DNA from: Macrostomum lignano
Taxonomy: Eukaryota
DNA length: 64,000 bases
Direction: 5' to 3'
Assembly: GCA_002269645.1 (NCBI GenBank)
Contig: NIVC01000327.1
Coordinates: forward strand, 248,001 to 312,000
The position numbers and the translations under genes were made by a program. Below are positions 50,401 through 63,172 of this stretch, in pieces. The notes beneath the pieces are model-generated. The model did no database searches. It was not told where the DNA came from and saw only the letters and a list, made by a program, of their open reading frames with translations. How positions within the stretch are numbered: position 1 is the stretch's first letter; every line of letters begins with the position of its first letter.

Positions 50401-53400
50401 TCTGTCTCCTCTCTATCAGCCGCCCGTCTGTCTCCTCTCTATCAGCCGCCCGTCCGTCTCCTCTCTATCAGCCGCCCGTTAATCTCTGAATCAGCACCTG
50501 TCTATCACCTCTCTATCAGCCGCCCGTCTGTCTCCTCTCTATCAGCCGCCCGTCTGTCTCCTCTCTATCAGCCGCCCATCTGTCTCCTCTCTATCAGCCG
50601 CCCGTCTGTCTCCTCTCTATCCGCCGCCCGTCTGTCTCCTCTCTATCCGCCGCCCGTCTGTCTCCTCTCTATCAGCCGCCCGTCTGTCTCCTCTCTATCA
50701 GCACCTGTCTATCACCTCTCTATCAGCCGCCCGTCTGTCTCCTCTCTATCAGCCGCCCGTCTGTCTCCTCTCTATCAGCCGCCCGTCTGTCTGCTCTCTA
50801 TCAGCCGCCCGTCTGTCTCCTCTCTATCAGCCGCCCGTCTGTCTCCTCTCTATCAGCCGCCCGTCTGTCACCTCTCTATCAGCCGCCCGTCTGTCTCCTC
50901 TCTATCAGCCGCCCGTCTGTCTCCTCTCTATCAGCCGCCCGTCTGTCTCCTCTCTATCCCGCCCGTCTGTCTCCTCTCTATCCGCCGCCCGTCTGTCTCC
51001 TCTCTATCAGCCGCCCGTCTGTCTCCTCTCTATCAGCCGCCCGTCTGTCTCCTCTCTATCAGCCGCCCGTCTGTCTCCTCTCTATCAGCCGCCCGTCTGT
51101 CTCCTCTCTATCAGCCGCCCGTCTGTCTCCTCTCTATCAGCCGCCCGTCTGTCTGCTCTCTATCAGCCGCCCGTCTGTCTCCTCTCTATCAGCCGCCCGT
51201 CTGTCTCCTCTCTATCAGCCGCCCGTCTGTCTCCTCTCTATCAGCCGCCCGTCTGTCTCCTCTCTATCAGCCGCCCGTCTGTCTCCTCTCTATCAGCCGC
51301 CCGTCTGTCTCCTCTCTATCAGCCGCCCGTCTGTCTCCTCTCTATCAGCCGCCCGTTAATCTCTGAATCAGCACCTGTCTATCACCTCTCTATCAGCCGC
51401 CCGTCTGTCTCCTCTCTATCAGCCGCCCGTCTGTCTCCTCTCTATCAGCCGCCCGTCTGTCTCCTCTCTATCAGCCGCCCGTCTGTCTCCTCTCTATCAG
51501 CCGCCCGTCTGTCTCCTCTCTATCAGCCGCCCGTCTGTCTCCTCTCTATCAGCCGCCCGTTAATCTCTGAATCAGCACCTGTCTATCACCTCTCTATCAG
51601 CCGCCCGTCTGTCTCCTCTCTATCAGCCGCCCGTCTGTCTCCTCTCTATCAGCCGCCCGTCTGTCTCCTCTCTATCCGCCGCCCGTCTGTCTTCTCTCTA
51701 TCAGCCGCCCGTCTGTCTCCTCTCTATCAGCCGCCCGTCTGTCTCCTCTCTATCCGCCGCCCGTCTGTCTCCTCTCTATCAGCCGCCCGTCTGTCTCCTC
51801 TCTATCAGCCGCCCGTCTGTCTCCTCTCTATCAGCCGCCCGTCTGTCTCCTCTCTATCAGCCGCCCGTCTGTCTCCTCTCTATCAGCCGCCCGTCTGTCT
51901 CCTCTCTATCAGCCGCCCGTCTGTCTCCTCTCTATCAGCCGCCCGTCTGTCTCCTCTCTATCAGCCGCCCGTCTGTCACCTCTCTATCAGCCGCCCGTCT
52001 GTCTCCTCTCTATCAGCCGCCCGTCTGTCTCCTCTCTATCAGCACCTGTCTATCACCTCTCTATCAGCCGCCCGTCTGTCTCCTCTCTATCAGCCGCCCG
52101 TCTGTCTCCTCTCTATCAGCCGCCCGTCTGTCTCCTCTCTATCAGCCGCCCGTCTGTCTCCTCTCTATCAGCCGCCCGTCTGTCTCCTCTCTATCAGCCG
52201 CCCGTCTGTCTCCTCTCTATCAGCCGCCCGTTAATCTCTGAATCAGCACCTGTCTATCACCTCTCTATCAGCCGCCCGTCTGTCTCCTCTCTATCAGCCG
52301 CCCGTCTGTCTCCTCTCTATCAGCCGCCCGTCTGTCTCCTCTCTATCCGCCGCCCGTCTGTCTCCTCTCTATCCGCCGCCCGTATGTCTCCTCTCTATCA
52401 GCCGCCCGTCTGTCTCCTCTCTATCAGCCGCCCGTCTGTCTCCTCTCTATCAGCCGCCCGTTAATCTCTGAATCAGCACCTGTCTATCACCTCTCTATCA
52501 GCCGCCCGTCTGTCTCCTCTCTATCAGCCGCCCGTCTGTCTCCTCTCTATCAGCCGCCCGTCTGTCTCCTCTCTATCCGCCGCCCGTCTGTCTCCTCTCT
52601 ATCAGCCGCCCGTCTGTCTCCTCTCTATCAGCCGCCCGTTAATCTCTGAATCAGCACCTGTCTATCACCTCTCTATCAGCCGCCCGTCTGTCTCCTCTCT
52701 ATCAGCCGCCCGTCTGTCTCCTCTCTATCAGCCGCCCGTCTGTCTCCTCTCTATCCGCCGCCCGTCTGTCTCCTCTCTATCAGCCGCCCGTCTTTCTCCT
52801 CTCTATCAGCCGCCCGTCCTTCTCCTCTCTATCCGCCGCCCGTATGTCTCCTCTCTATCAGCCGCCCGTCTGTCTCCTCTCTATCAGCCGCCCGTCTGTC
52901 TCCTCTCTATCAGCCGCCCGTTAATCTCTGAATCAGCACCTGTCTATCACCTCTCTATCAGCCGCCCGTCTGTCTCCTCTCTATCAGCCGCCCGTCTGTC
53001 TCCTCTCTATCAGCCGCCCGTCTGTCTCCTCTCTATCAGCCGCCCGTCTGTCTCCTCTCTATCAGCCGCCCGTCTGTCTCCTCTCTATCAGCCGCCCGTC
53101 TGTCTCCTCTCTATCAGCTGCCCGTCTGTCTCCTCTCTATCAGCCGCCCGTCTGTCTCCTCTCTATCAGCCGCCCGTCTGTCTCCTCTCTATCAGCCGCC
53201 CGTTAATCTCTGAATCAGCACCTGTCTATCACCTCTCTATCAGCCGCCCGTCTGTCTCCTCTCTATCAGCCGCCCGTCTGTCTCCTCTCTATCAGCCGCC
53301 CGTCTGTCTCCTCTCTATCAGCCGCCCGTCTGTCTCCTCTCTATCAGCCGCCCGTCCTTCTCCTCTCTATCAGCCGCCCGTCTGTCTCCTCTCTATCAGC

Positions 53401-54180
53401 CGCCCGTTAATCTCTGAATCAGCACCTGTCTATCACCTCTCTATCAGCCGCCCGTCTGTCTCCTCTCTATCAGCCGCCCGTCTGTCTCCTCTCTATCAGC
53501 CGCTTGTCTGTCTCCTCTCTATCAGCCGCCCGTTAATCTCTGAATCAGCACCTGTCTATCACCTCTCTATCAGCCGCCCGTCTGTCTCCTCTCTATCAGC
53601 CGCCCGTCTGTCTCCTCTCTATCAGCCGCCCGTCTGTCTCCTCTCTATCAGCCGCCCGTCTGTCTCCTCTCTATCAGCCGCCCGTCTGTCTCCTCTCTAT
53701 CAGCCGCCCGTCTGTCTCCTCTCTATCCGCCGCCCGTCTGTCTCCTCTCTATCAGCCGCCCGTCTGTCTCCTCTCTATCAGCCGCCCGTCTGTCTCCTCT
53801 CTATCAGCCGCCCGTCTGTCTCCTCTCTATCAGCCGCCCGTCTGTCTCCTCTCTATCAGCCGCCCGTCTGTCTCCTCTCTATCAGCCGCCCGTCTGTCTC
53901 CTCTCTATCAGTCGCCCGTCTGTCTCCTCTCTATCAGCCGCCCGTCTGTCACCTCTCTATCAGCCGCCCGTCTGTCTCCTCTCTATCAGCCGCCCGTCTG
54001 TCTCCTCTCTATCAGCCGCCCGTCTGTCTCCTCTCTATCAGCCGCCCGTCTGTCTCCTCTCTATCAGCCGCCCGTCTGTCTCCTCTCTATCAGCCGCCCG
54101 TCTGTCTCCTCTCTATCAGCCGCCCGTCTGTCTCCTCTCTATCAGCCGCCCGTCTGTCTCCTCTCTATCAGCCGCCCGTT
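44471..54180. repeat. 26-bp minisatellite (TCCTCTCTATCAGCCGCCCGTCTGTC)n, ~370 units, filling transposase intron 1
   Basis: Continuous array with recurring variant TTAATCTCTGAATCAGCACCTGTCTATCACC. Confidence 0.98.
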
Positions 54181-54228
54181 TATCTCCTCAATGTGATTAT
54201 ACGAGTATATATTCTACTTGCCTACCAG

Positions 54229-55528
54229 GTCAAGCCAGCCGGACTGTCGAAGGGCTGGATTACCGGATTTCTGTTGCGCCATCCCGACATCGCTCAGCGA
54301 ACGCCGCAGACGGTGAATCCTGCCCGGGCGATCGTAACGGAGGGCCGCATTCGTGATTGGTTTTCCGAGCTGGCCGACTTCGATGACGATGACCTTGTCG
54401 ACGGCGCGCTGCAAGATCCGTCGCGAATTTTTAATTGTGACGAGATTGCAGTGCCGCAAGGATTGAAGTCTCACGCTGTTCTGGCAGAGAAAGGAATGGT
54501 AAACGTGGTGCAGAAGGTCCACGGCAGTGACCGGAAGCATACCACAGTTTTAATTTGTGTTCAATGCTCAGGTTCTCTATTGCCACCCCGCTTTGTTTTT
54601 CCAGGAAAGACGCAGCCTCGAATGGATGGCTATCCCACTGATTGTCATTATTCTTTTTCACCCAACGGGTGGATGACCACCACTGGGTTTGAGGAATTTA
54701 TTAAAAAAACATTCATGCCCTATCTAGAACAAAAGCGAGTTCGCCGTCCTGTTGTCCTTTTCACAGATTTACACGGCTCCAGATTTTCGCTGGAGGTTCT
54801 GGAGTATCTGAGGCAGCAGAAGGTTGTGCTCTACGGGCTGGTGCCGAACGCAACGCACGTCATGCAGCCTCTGGACCTCGCTGTGTTTCGTCCCGTCAAG
54901 ATGGGATGGCGCGAGCTTCTCGCCGACAGGTCCCGGAGTGCTGCGATTGGAGACTCTGTCACCAGGCTGCGATTCGTGGATATGCTCCGCGAGGTCCTGG
55001 CAGAGCGGGCTACTCCGCAGAACATCATGGCTGGCTTCCGAAAAAGTGGCATTTTTCCGCGGAACCCTGATGCTCTAGCGTATGACAAGCTCTGCAAGCG
55101 GCAAGACCCGGCTCCTAAGCAGCAAGCAGCAGGTGAGAAGGATTGTGAATGCGTGCTAAAAGCAAGCAACACCGCCCCCACCTCTAGCCTCCCACAGAAA
55201 AAATTTAAATCAAAAAAGTGCCAAACAGCCTCAGGCTCTGTGGAGCGCTGCTTCGAGGATGTTCTTGGCACCGCTAAGCTTCACGACTTGCAAACGAAGC
55301 CAGCAACGACCGACAATGATCGCGTACTGCAGCAGCTGCTGCTGCGCCTGACCGGACAGGTGAACTGCCAACAGATCAGTGACGAGCACGTGAGCTCCGA
55401 CCAGCAGAGCACTGACAGCGAGGACCAGATCGAGAGCAGCCCACTGCATCATCCCTCTCTCGATGAGGATACCGTCGAGGCGGTTGAACCACAGAGTGAG
55501 GATTTGCTCGATGCAGAGAGACAGTCTG
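54229..55528 (+). CDS. pogo-family transposase exon 2 (end of CENP-B HTH and DD35D catalytic domain)
   Basis: Acceptor CCTACCAG (54228), phase 0. GWITGFLLRHP, FNCDE, WMT..F..F, LFTDLHGSR and HVMQPLD motifs; 35 residues between the second and third Asp. Phase-1 donor G|GTGAGT (55529). Confidence 0.92.
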
Positions 55529-55649
55529 GTGAGTAGTCGGTAAATTTTGAAAAGTAAACTCAAATTAACGTATAGTATACAAGTAAATTTCACGTAAAGA
55601 CGTAAAAGATGTGACACTGTAAATTACATTGTACACTACTTTAAGACCA

Positions 55650-56240
55650 TCTTCCTAATTTTCTCTCCTCTCCTCTCTCCTCTCTCCTCTCTCCCCCTCC
55701 TTCTCTCCTCTGCTCTCCCTTCTCCCCTCCTCTCCCTTCTCCCCTCTCCTCTCCCTCCTCCCCTCCTCTCCCTTTTCCCCTCTCCTCTCCCTTCTCCCCT
55801 CCTCTCCCTTCTCCCCTCCTCTCCCTTCTCCCCTCCTCTCCCTTCTCCCCTCCTCTCCCTTCTCCTCTCTCCTCTTCCTTCTCCCCTCTCCTCTCCCTTC
55901 TCCCCTCCTCTCCCTTCTCCCCTCCTCTCCCTTCTCCCCTCCTCTCCCTTCTCCCCTCCTCTCCCTTCTCCCCTCCTCTCCCTTCTCCCCTCTCCTCTCC
56001 CTTCTCCCCTCCTCTCCCTTCTCCCCTCCTCTCCCTTCTCCCCTCCTCTCCCTTCTCCTCTCTCCTCTTCCTTCTCCCCTCCTCTTCCTTCTCCCCTCCT
56101 CTTCCTTCTCCCCTCCTCTCCCTTCTCCCCTCTTCGCTCCCTTCTCCCCTTCTCTCCATTCTCCCATCCTCTCCCTTCTCCCCTCTCCTCTCATCTTCCT
56201 TATTTCCCCCTCTTCTCTCTCCCTTCTTTCTTTCTCATCT
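55650..56240. repeat. CT-rich tract (CTCCCCTCCTCTCCCTT)n in transposase intron 2
   Basis: Polypyrimidine tandem units. Confidence 0.92.
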
Positions 56241-56375
56241 CCTGTCTATGTTACACAGTCATGCGCTATATTTTATATCTGATCATTAACTTAAAAGCTT
56301 ATCGACTTCATCATTCATATATATTTTTTCTTCATGATTGCTAAGTTTGAGCTACAAATTATTTATTTCGTTCAG

Positions 56376-57484
56376 GTGCCTTTTGCTCGGTGACGTCAGT
56401 ATCACCCGCAGCTCGAGAAACAGCCGAGTCGATGGCGTTCCCGATAAAGCGGAACCGGACTCCAGTTTCCGGCAAGAAAAGAAGAACGTCCGTTTACCAG
56501 GACATTCCGCATCCTAACTTAACTAGCCGCTCTACTTTAGCCTTTTTCAGACTAAGACAGCAAAAGCGTCAGGCTGCTCTGGACGCCAAGGCCGCACGGC
56601 AGACCGCTCGGAGGCTTCGGGCACAGCAGCGTCAGCGTCAAGGTTCCCGGCGACTGCAGTCGAAGCAGACGGTCGCAGCTGAGCAACCGGTCGCCCAATC
56701 TGCCGTGCTGGATATGTCCGTCGCTTTAGGTCGGCTTGAGAGCAAGGCGAAGTCGTTGAATTGCTCCTTAGGTAAGGCAGATTCTTTTGGAAATTGTTTT
56801 TTTGACTCCGTCCGGCAGGTGCTGAGTTCCGAAGGCATCAATTCCGACGCCGACAGACTTCGATCAGACAGCTGCGCTTTCCTAGAGCAAAACTCCTATG
56901 TAAATGGTGAGAGTATCGTTGACTTTTTGGAAATGCCACTTAATGACTATTTACAAAAAATGAAACGTTCAAGTACCTATGCTGATCATCTTATTATCGT
57001 TGCATTAGCCAATTTCTTAGACAGGCCTTTTCAGATTTACCAGCCTGACCGTCCGGAGCCGGTAGTCATCATGCCAGAGGATCGCCACCCAGAAGGGCAA
57101 CCAATCAAGCTGGCGCACATCCCAGAGCTGCACTATCTGCCGATGCTGCCGCTACCTCTGCCGGAGCTAAGCGTTGACTGCTGGGTGCTGGTTGCCGTGC
57201 AGGCAACTTGCAGAGGACGAAAAGCTTGGCAGCATTACCCGTGTCGAGTCATTCAACTCCAGGGCGATGGCCAAGTCGTTGTCTCTGCCTGCACTCAGTC
57301 GGTGACAAACTGGATGGCTGGAGGTCAAAAGCCATTCATATTCCCGGCCAAGAGTGACGAGTTCAGCGCATTGGTGAGTGAGGTCGCAGTTTTACCCAAT
57401 CCCCATTTTCCTACGGGAAGGAATCCTGGATTCCTCTGGACCCGTGATCAGCTCATGAATGCTCGCAGCCGCCTTATTCACTGA
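56376..57484 (+). CDS. Exon 3 of the transposase gene: basic coiled segment, OTU-like cysteine protease domain and terminal beta-rich module
   Basis: Acceptor TTTCGTTCAG (56375), phase 1 (G+GT=Gly). ADSFGNCFFDSV...LR...YLQKM...TYADHLIIVALANFLDRPFQIY...LAHIPELHY is the OTU pattern. Confidence 0.82.
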
Positions 57485-57559
57485 GTTGATCACTAGGCCT
57501 AGAAATTACGTCCCCATCGTTCTATCACATTTTATGAATTTTATGAACTCAAATGACCG

Positions 57560-59090
57560 TTCACTGCTCATTTAATTTCCTGCATTGCTCAACAATTGCC
57601 TCATTGCCTAACCTTCAAATCATAATGAATGCTAACTTCACTTTGACATTGCTTCTATCAAACATCACCATGCACAAGACTTTCATCAAAAGTTTAAAAT
57701 CTAAAAAAACAAAAAAATTACAAGTATTGCTTGCCTATTTTTCTTCAGCACATTCGCACTAAAATGACTGCTCACTGACTCAAGCTCTCTCATCTATATT
57801 TCCTCTCCTCTCCCCTGTCATCTCGCTCTCTTCTCACCCTCTCTTGTCGCTTCTCTCTTCTCTCCCCTACCATCATCCCTCTCATCCCTCTATCCCCTCT
57901 CCTCTCTACCATCCTCTCCTCTCTCCCCTTCTCCTCTCTCATCTCTCCTCTCCCTCTCCTCTCTCATTTCCTTTCTCCCTCCTTTCTCATCTTCCGGCCT
58001 CTCTCCATTCTCACCTATCCTCTCATCTCCTTTTTCATCTCCTTTCTCCCCTCTCCCTTTTTCTTTCTCTCTCATCTCCGCCTATCATCTCTCAGCTTGA
58101 CTCTAATCTATTCGCTTTTCCCTTCTCTCTCCTCTCTCATCTCCCTTCTCCCCTCTCATCCGCTCTCTATCTCCTTTCTCACCTCTCACCTCTCATCTTC
58201 CCTCTTTATCTTTGCACTGTACTCAAAATTGAAAAAAAAACAAAAAAATTACAAGTACATGTATTGCTCGCCTATTTTGCTTCAGCACATTCGCACTAAA
58301 AATTACTGCACACTGATTGCTCATTAACTTTCATTTAATTTCCTGCATTGTTCAACAATTGCCTCATTGCCTAACCTGCACTCTCTATTTAAATCATAAT
58401 GAATACTAACTCACTTTGACTTGTACATTGCTTCTATCAAACATCACCATGCACAAGACTTTCATCAAAAGTTTAAAATCTAAAAAAAACAAAAAAATTA
58501 CAAGTATTGCTTGCCTATTTTTCTTCAGCACATTCGCACTAAAATGACTGCTCACTGACTCAAGCTCTCTCATCTATATTTCCTCTCCTCTCCTCTCCTC
58601 AGCTGTCATCTCGCTCTCTTCTCACCCTCTTCTGTCGCTTCTCTCTTCTCTCCCTTATCATCTTCCCTCTCATCCCTCTATCCACTCTCCTCTCTACCAT
58701 CCTTTCCTCTCTCCCCTTCTCCTCTCTCCTCTCCCTCTCCGCTCTCATTTCCTTTCTCATCTTCCCTATCTCCTCTCTCCAATCTCCCCTATCATCTCCC
58801 TTCTTCCCTCTCCTCTCTCATCTCCTTTTTCCCTCCTTTCTCATCTTCCGGCCTCTCTCCCTTCTCCATTCTGCCCTATCCTCTCACCCCCTTTTTCATC
58901 TTCTTTCTTCCCTCTCCCTTCCTCTTTATTCTCTTTCATCTCCGCCTATCATCTCTCAGCTCCCCTCTCCCATCTTTGCACTGTACTCAAAATTGAAAAA
59001 CAAAAAAATTACAAGCATTGCTTGCCTATTTTGCTTCAGCACATTCGCACTAAAAATTACTGCATACTGACTGCTCATTATCATTAATTT
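57560..59090. repeat. Complex local duplication (~770-bp blocks with CT-rich cores)
   Basis: AAAAAATTACAAG..TTGCT(T/C)GCCTATTTT..CAGCACATTCGCACTAAA recurs near 57712, 58244, 58493 and 59004. Confidence 0.85.
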
Positions 59091-62000
59091 TCCTTGTCTT
59101 GATACATGGCGCTATATATGTCTATAAATCTTACGAGCGTAATATTGGTGACTTTTGACTTGGTGACTCAGCAACAAGCATTTCCAACGCACATTAATTT
59201 AAATTTGGGTCAAAAGCCTATTATCAACAATGGGAAAACATACGAGCTAGATACAGTAGGTTTTAATAAGCCTTTAAATTTTTTATGGAACTGTAATACT
59301 TTTACTTGTAATCCCAATAGAAACATTATGCGTTCTTATACAAAACCATTGGATTTATTTTATGTGCCTGACTAATGTCAGAATTTTTTATAATTAAAGA
59401 TGAACTCAAACTGATAGTGCGGAAGATATGCTTGCTGCTGCGGCAGGGAAGGGCCTCCTTCTCGGTTAAAAAAAGCCCCTGCCGACGAAGCCAAGGAAGA
59501 AAGGTGACAGTTAAAAAGAAATTAAAAATGCAACTGTCACTTTTTGAGTCACGACGAGAAGGAATTGAGCAATATCCTGGAAGCTATCAATGTCAAAAGG
59601 CCTAGCTTCTATCCAATTAAGAATGACAATACATGTAGTTACGTTTTTGTAGTGCCTTATAGGCTTAATCATTGGCCAGCGAATTTAGTCATTTCAAATA
59701 TTCTGAAGCATAAAAACAAACTCAATAAAGTTTGAGTGCATTCGAGTCTATATCTTTAATATCTTTCGGCATATTAATTACTGTGGAATATTTAAGGATG
59801 AGCTATTCTTGCTGAGTTATAATTATGTATTACATATATGTATGTAGCATTTGCTTTTTGTATTTCTATTTCGCGTATACATGTACGAGCCTATATCTCT
59901 AGTTGGCCTCTGCGAGTTTGGCGCCTATAGTCTGTGTACAGTATCGCAAATATGTAAGTCAGGTCAGTATTATAGCCTGGCTGCCAGGAGTCGGGGGCAA
60001 GAGGGAGCTGCGCCCCCACCCCCCAGGCTGGTAAAAGTATGTAGCGCCCCATTGCCAGTGGGCTTGGCTCCCCCCCCCTCTTGCCACCAAGCTTGCCCAT
60101 CCGCCCAATTAGAAATTCTGGCTATGCCCTTGTATTAAGACGTTTACTCTATTATACTGCGCACATATCTTAAACCTATAAAAAGGGTCAGCCGATTGCC
60201 TGCCATCGATTGGGCCTATGTGGCAATTAGTTTTGCACTCTCTTCAAAGATCTTCTTGAGCCTGTATACATTAAGTTTAGACCTAGCCCCAGAGAAATGT
60301 TGGATTGTGGCCTCTTTTGCAATGTGTATGTGTACAAAATGTATGCAATACAAGTATTCAATATGTATACTAAGCGCACAGGCGCACCCAATGAGCCTTT
60401 TTTAGGGAGGGTTTAGCGGCCCCATCTTGCTGGTTGTGTCAAGGGGCCCAGTGATGACTCAGTGCTCAGAGTCATCAGACTCTGCAGACTCAGAACGAGA
60501 TGATTGTTTTCAACAAAATTTTAAGAACTTAAAGCATTTTTCTCTGCATATTGGATTCATCTACTTGAAGTAGAAACATATGAGTATGGTAAGAAAAAAA
60601 GAAACAGAATATTTGCAGAATTTGTTTGCAGAAAAATGGACTTTTTTTTACTATTTCTTGAATTTTTCGCTTTTTCTTCTTTAATGTTTAAAAATGACCA
60701 ATAATATAGCAAGAAGAGCAGTAGACGAAACTAGTGGTACCTTGATTTTTTTTAAATCGTGGTATAATGGTGAAATACAGGCAAGTTTAGGAAGCGAAGG
60801 TCCCTTTGAAGAAATCTGAAATGAACAAAATATGAGGTCTGTTTAAAAAAAACAGGATTTTTTACCTTCGTAAATGATTGCTTAATTAAAAAAGTCTAAA
60901 ATACGTAGAAAAATATAACTTTTTATCAATTTAGCATGAAAGAGTTCAAATAAATCGCAAAAAAGTAAAAAATCACGATTTTTCTGTTCAATGGGGGGTA
61001 CTATATTCAAATGCAGATAAACAATATTTTTCGGAATCTATCCATGCAAAAGTTATACCTTTTAGAAAGAGTATGAACTAATCTTTACAATGATATATAT
61101 TTCAGAAAAAACGAACAAGAAATAAAAAAGTTATTAGTGTTCAAACACAAAAACTGAACATCAGATATCCTGTTCGGTTTGAAGATACCCTAGAATCATC
61201 GTTCGGTTTTGATATAAAATCATCAATAACTTTCTTTCTACTTGTGCAATCAAGTAAAGCGAACATTCATTTGAAAGAAAAAAATGTTTTAAACAACTTC
61301 GGGGTAGTTTCATTTCATTACATATAAAACTTTCTTTCCTATCTATGAGAGAATGTCGAAAAATGACACTTTCATGTTCGGTTGATGAGATCTTACCCTA
61401 CTTATTATTTCATTGGTTTATTGATTGACTTAGGTAGGGTTTTCTTTTTTGCTAGAGACAAAGTGCAAAATTATATCCTATGCTCACTTTCAGGGTTTTA
61501 TGATTTTAAGGCTTAGAATGCAATTTCTCTTTTTTCTTATATAAAGGCAGTGCAAATAAGGCTTCAACAGAAAAATAGGTAATGAAATCGCACCTAAACT
61601 GTATCCACTTTTTAATTTCAATTTTCAAGGTGCAATTTTAAAATTTAAGGCGCATATGCACACTTTGCGCATAAAAAAATAAACCTAGAACTTAGGCCTA
61701 GTTAATTTTAAAATAAACTTTATTAAGTATTCATCCTTAAATTAGTTTTATGAATTATATCAATATAATCTATCAATCTTAATTGGCAACAATTATTTTT
61801 CTATTTCATTTCAGCCTAACATTACATGGCCCATCCTCAAACTTGGATGTCACCTTGGTCTTGCCTTTGAAGAAGCATGCAAAGCTACTTGGAATTTGAA
61901 TATAATATCTAGAATGCTACCTTTTGTGAAGCAATGGTAAGTTTTAGTTATAAACTGATTTTTTTCTGTCATCAAAATCTGTTATAAGATCAAAATCTAT

Positions 62001-62660
62001 CAAAATCTATTACAAAATCTATCATCAATCTGTTATAAAATTCTGTAATTTAACCCCTTTCTTTTCTAAGGTTTCTCACCTAACCTGAAGAAGCAGCATT
62101 CTGGCAATTGGCAGCAGCATGTTTCTGACTGTTCTAATTCTGGTGCATTATATTATTGTTAATTAAATAATGCTATTGACAATGTCAATTTCAAATTATA
62201 TATTATATCATATGCGCAGCGCAACTTTAAAGATATCAATATCTATATCAGTGTGTTTATTCTTTGTGTGCCAGTGACTCACTACTGTATATAAATACAC
62301 CTTACTTATTGAGACATCCTTTTTGAATATATTTTTGTGCAGAAATATTTTTTCGCTATAGCTAGTGTTTTTATCTGTGTTTCAGTTTCTTTTATATGGT
62401 ATTGAGATCTGGGGTTCATATGAAATTTTGAGATCTGATATTATTTTGAGATTTAGGATGCAACAATTTATTATGGCAACCAGTATAATGGCTGTTTACT
62501 CAATGACAATGTGGATTCTATGTGAAATACATAATTACTTCCATGTGGATCTTCCATGTGGAATCCATATCTCAATTCCACATGGATGGACGGAGACAAA
62601 TGCACATATGGATTTCATATGAAAAATCCACATGGAATCCATATACTTTTTTTCACTGGG

Positions 62661-63172
62661 TGCATACATTTTAGTGCATTTACAGTATGAAACCAAAAGT
62701 TTAAAAATCTGGGCTGCACTCAAAACTGAAAACTAATTTGGAGTTGAAGTAAAAATCAAAAATAACAAAAGAAATCTACATTTCTGTGCAATTTCTGCAA
62801 GATTCATGCATCCAGCTCGGAGTTATTGACCTCTAGTTTGAAATGGACGCGTTTAAATGCATACATTTTAGTGCATTTACAGTATGAAACCAAAAGTTTA
62901 AAAATCTGGGCTGCACTCAAAACTGAAAACTAATTTGGAGTTGAAGTAAAAATCAAAAATAACAAAAGAAATCTACATTTCTGTGCAATTTCTGCAAGAT
63001 TCATGCATCCAACTCGGAGTTATTGACCTCTAGTTTGAAATGGACGATTAAATGCACACATTTTAGTGCATTTACAATATGAAACCAAAAGTATAAAAAT
63101 CTGGGCTGCACTCAAAACTGAAAACTAATTTGGAGTTGAAGTGAAAATTAAAAATAACAAAGGAAATCTACA
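62661..63172. repeat. 197-bp satellite, right part (~2.6 copies), continuation of 15110-16153
   Basis: Same monomer at 62714, 62911 and 63106; starts exactly where the left part was cut. Confidence 0.95.

Noticed and set aside
59106-59735. Cluster of short + strand ORFs, possible degraded gene
   Set aside because: Could not build a consistent spliced frame or recognise a domain.
59975-60132. GC-rich island resembling a hAT-type MITE
   Set aside because: Ends and putative TSD (TATTATAG/TATTAAGA) are too degenerate to support.
60200-60385. Minus-strand CxC..CxH (SWIM-like) peptide
   Set aside because: Bounded by stops within ~60 codons, with no other transposase motif; likely chance.
61815-62440. 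Exon-like pieces and an LLYGIEIWG LINE-like motif in the right arm of the outer CACTA
   Set aside because: Splice phases lead to a stop and the fragments are too short to call; at most decayed remnants.
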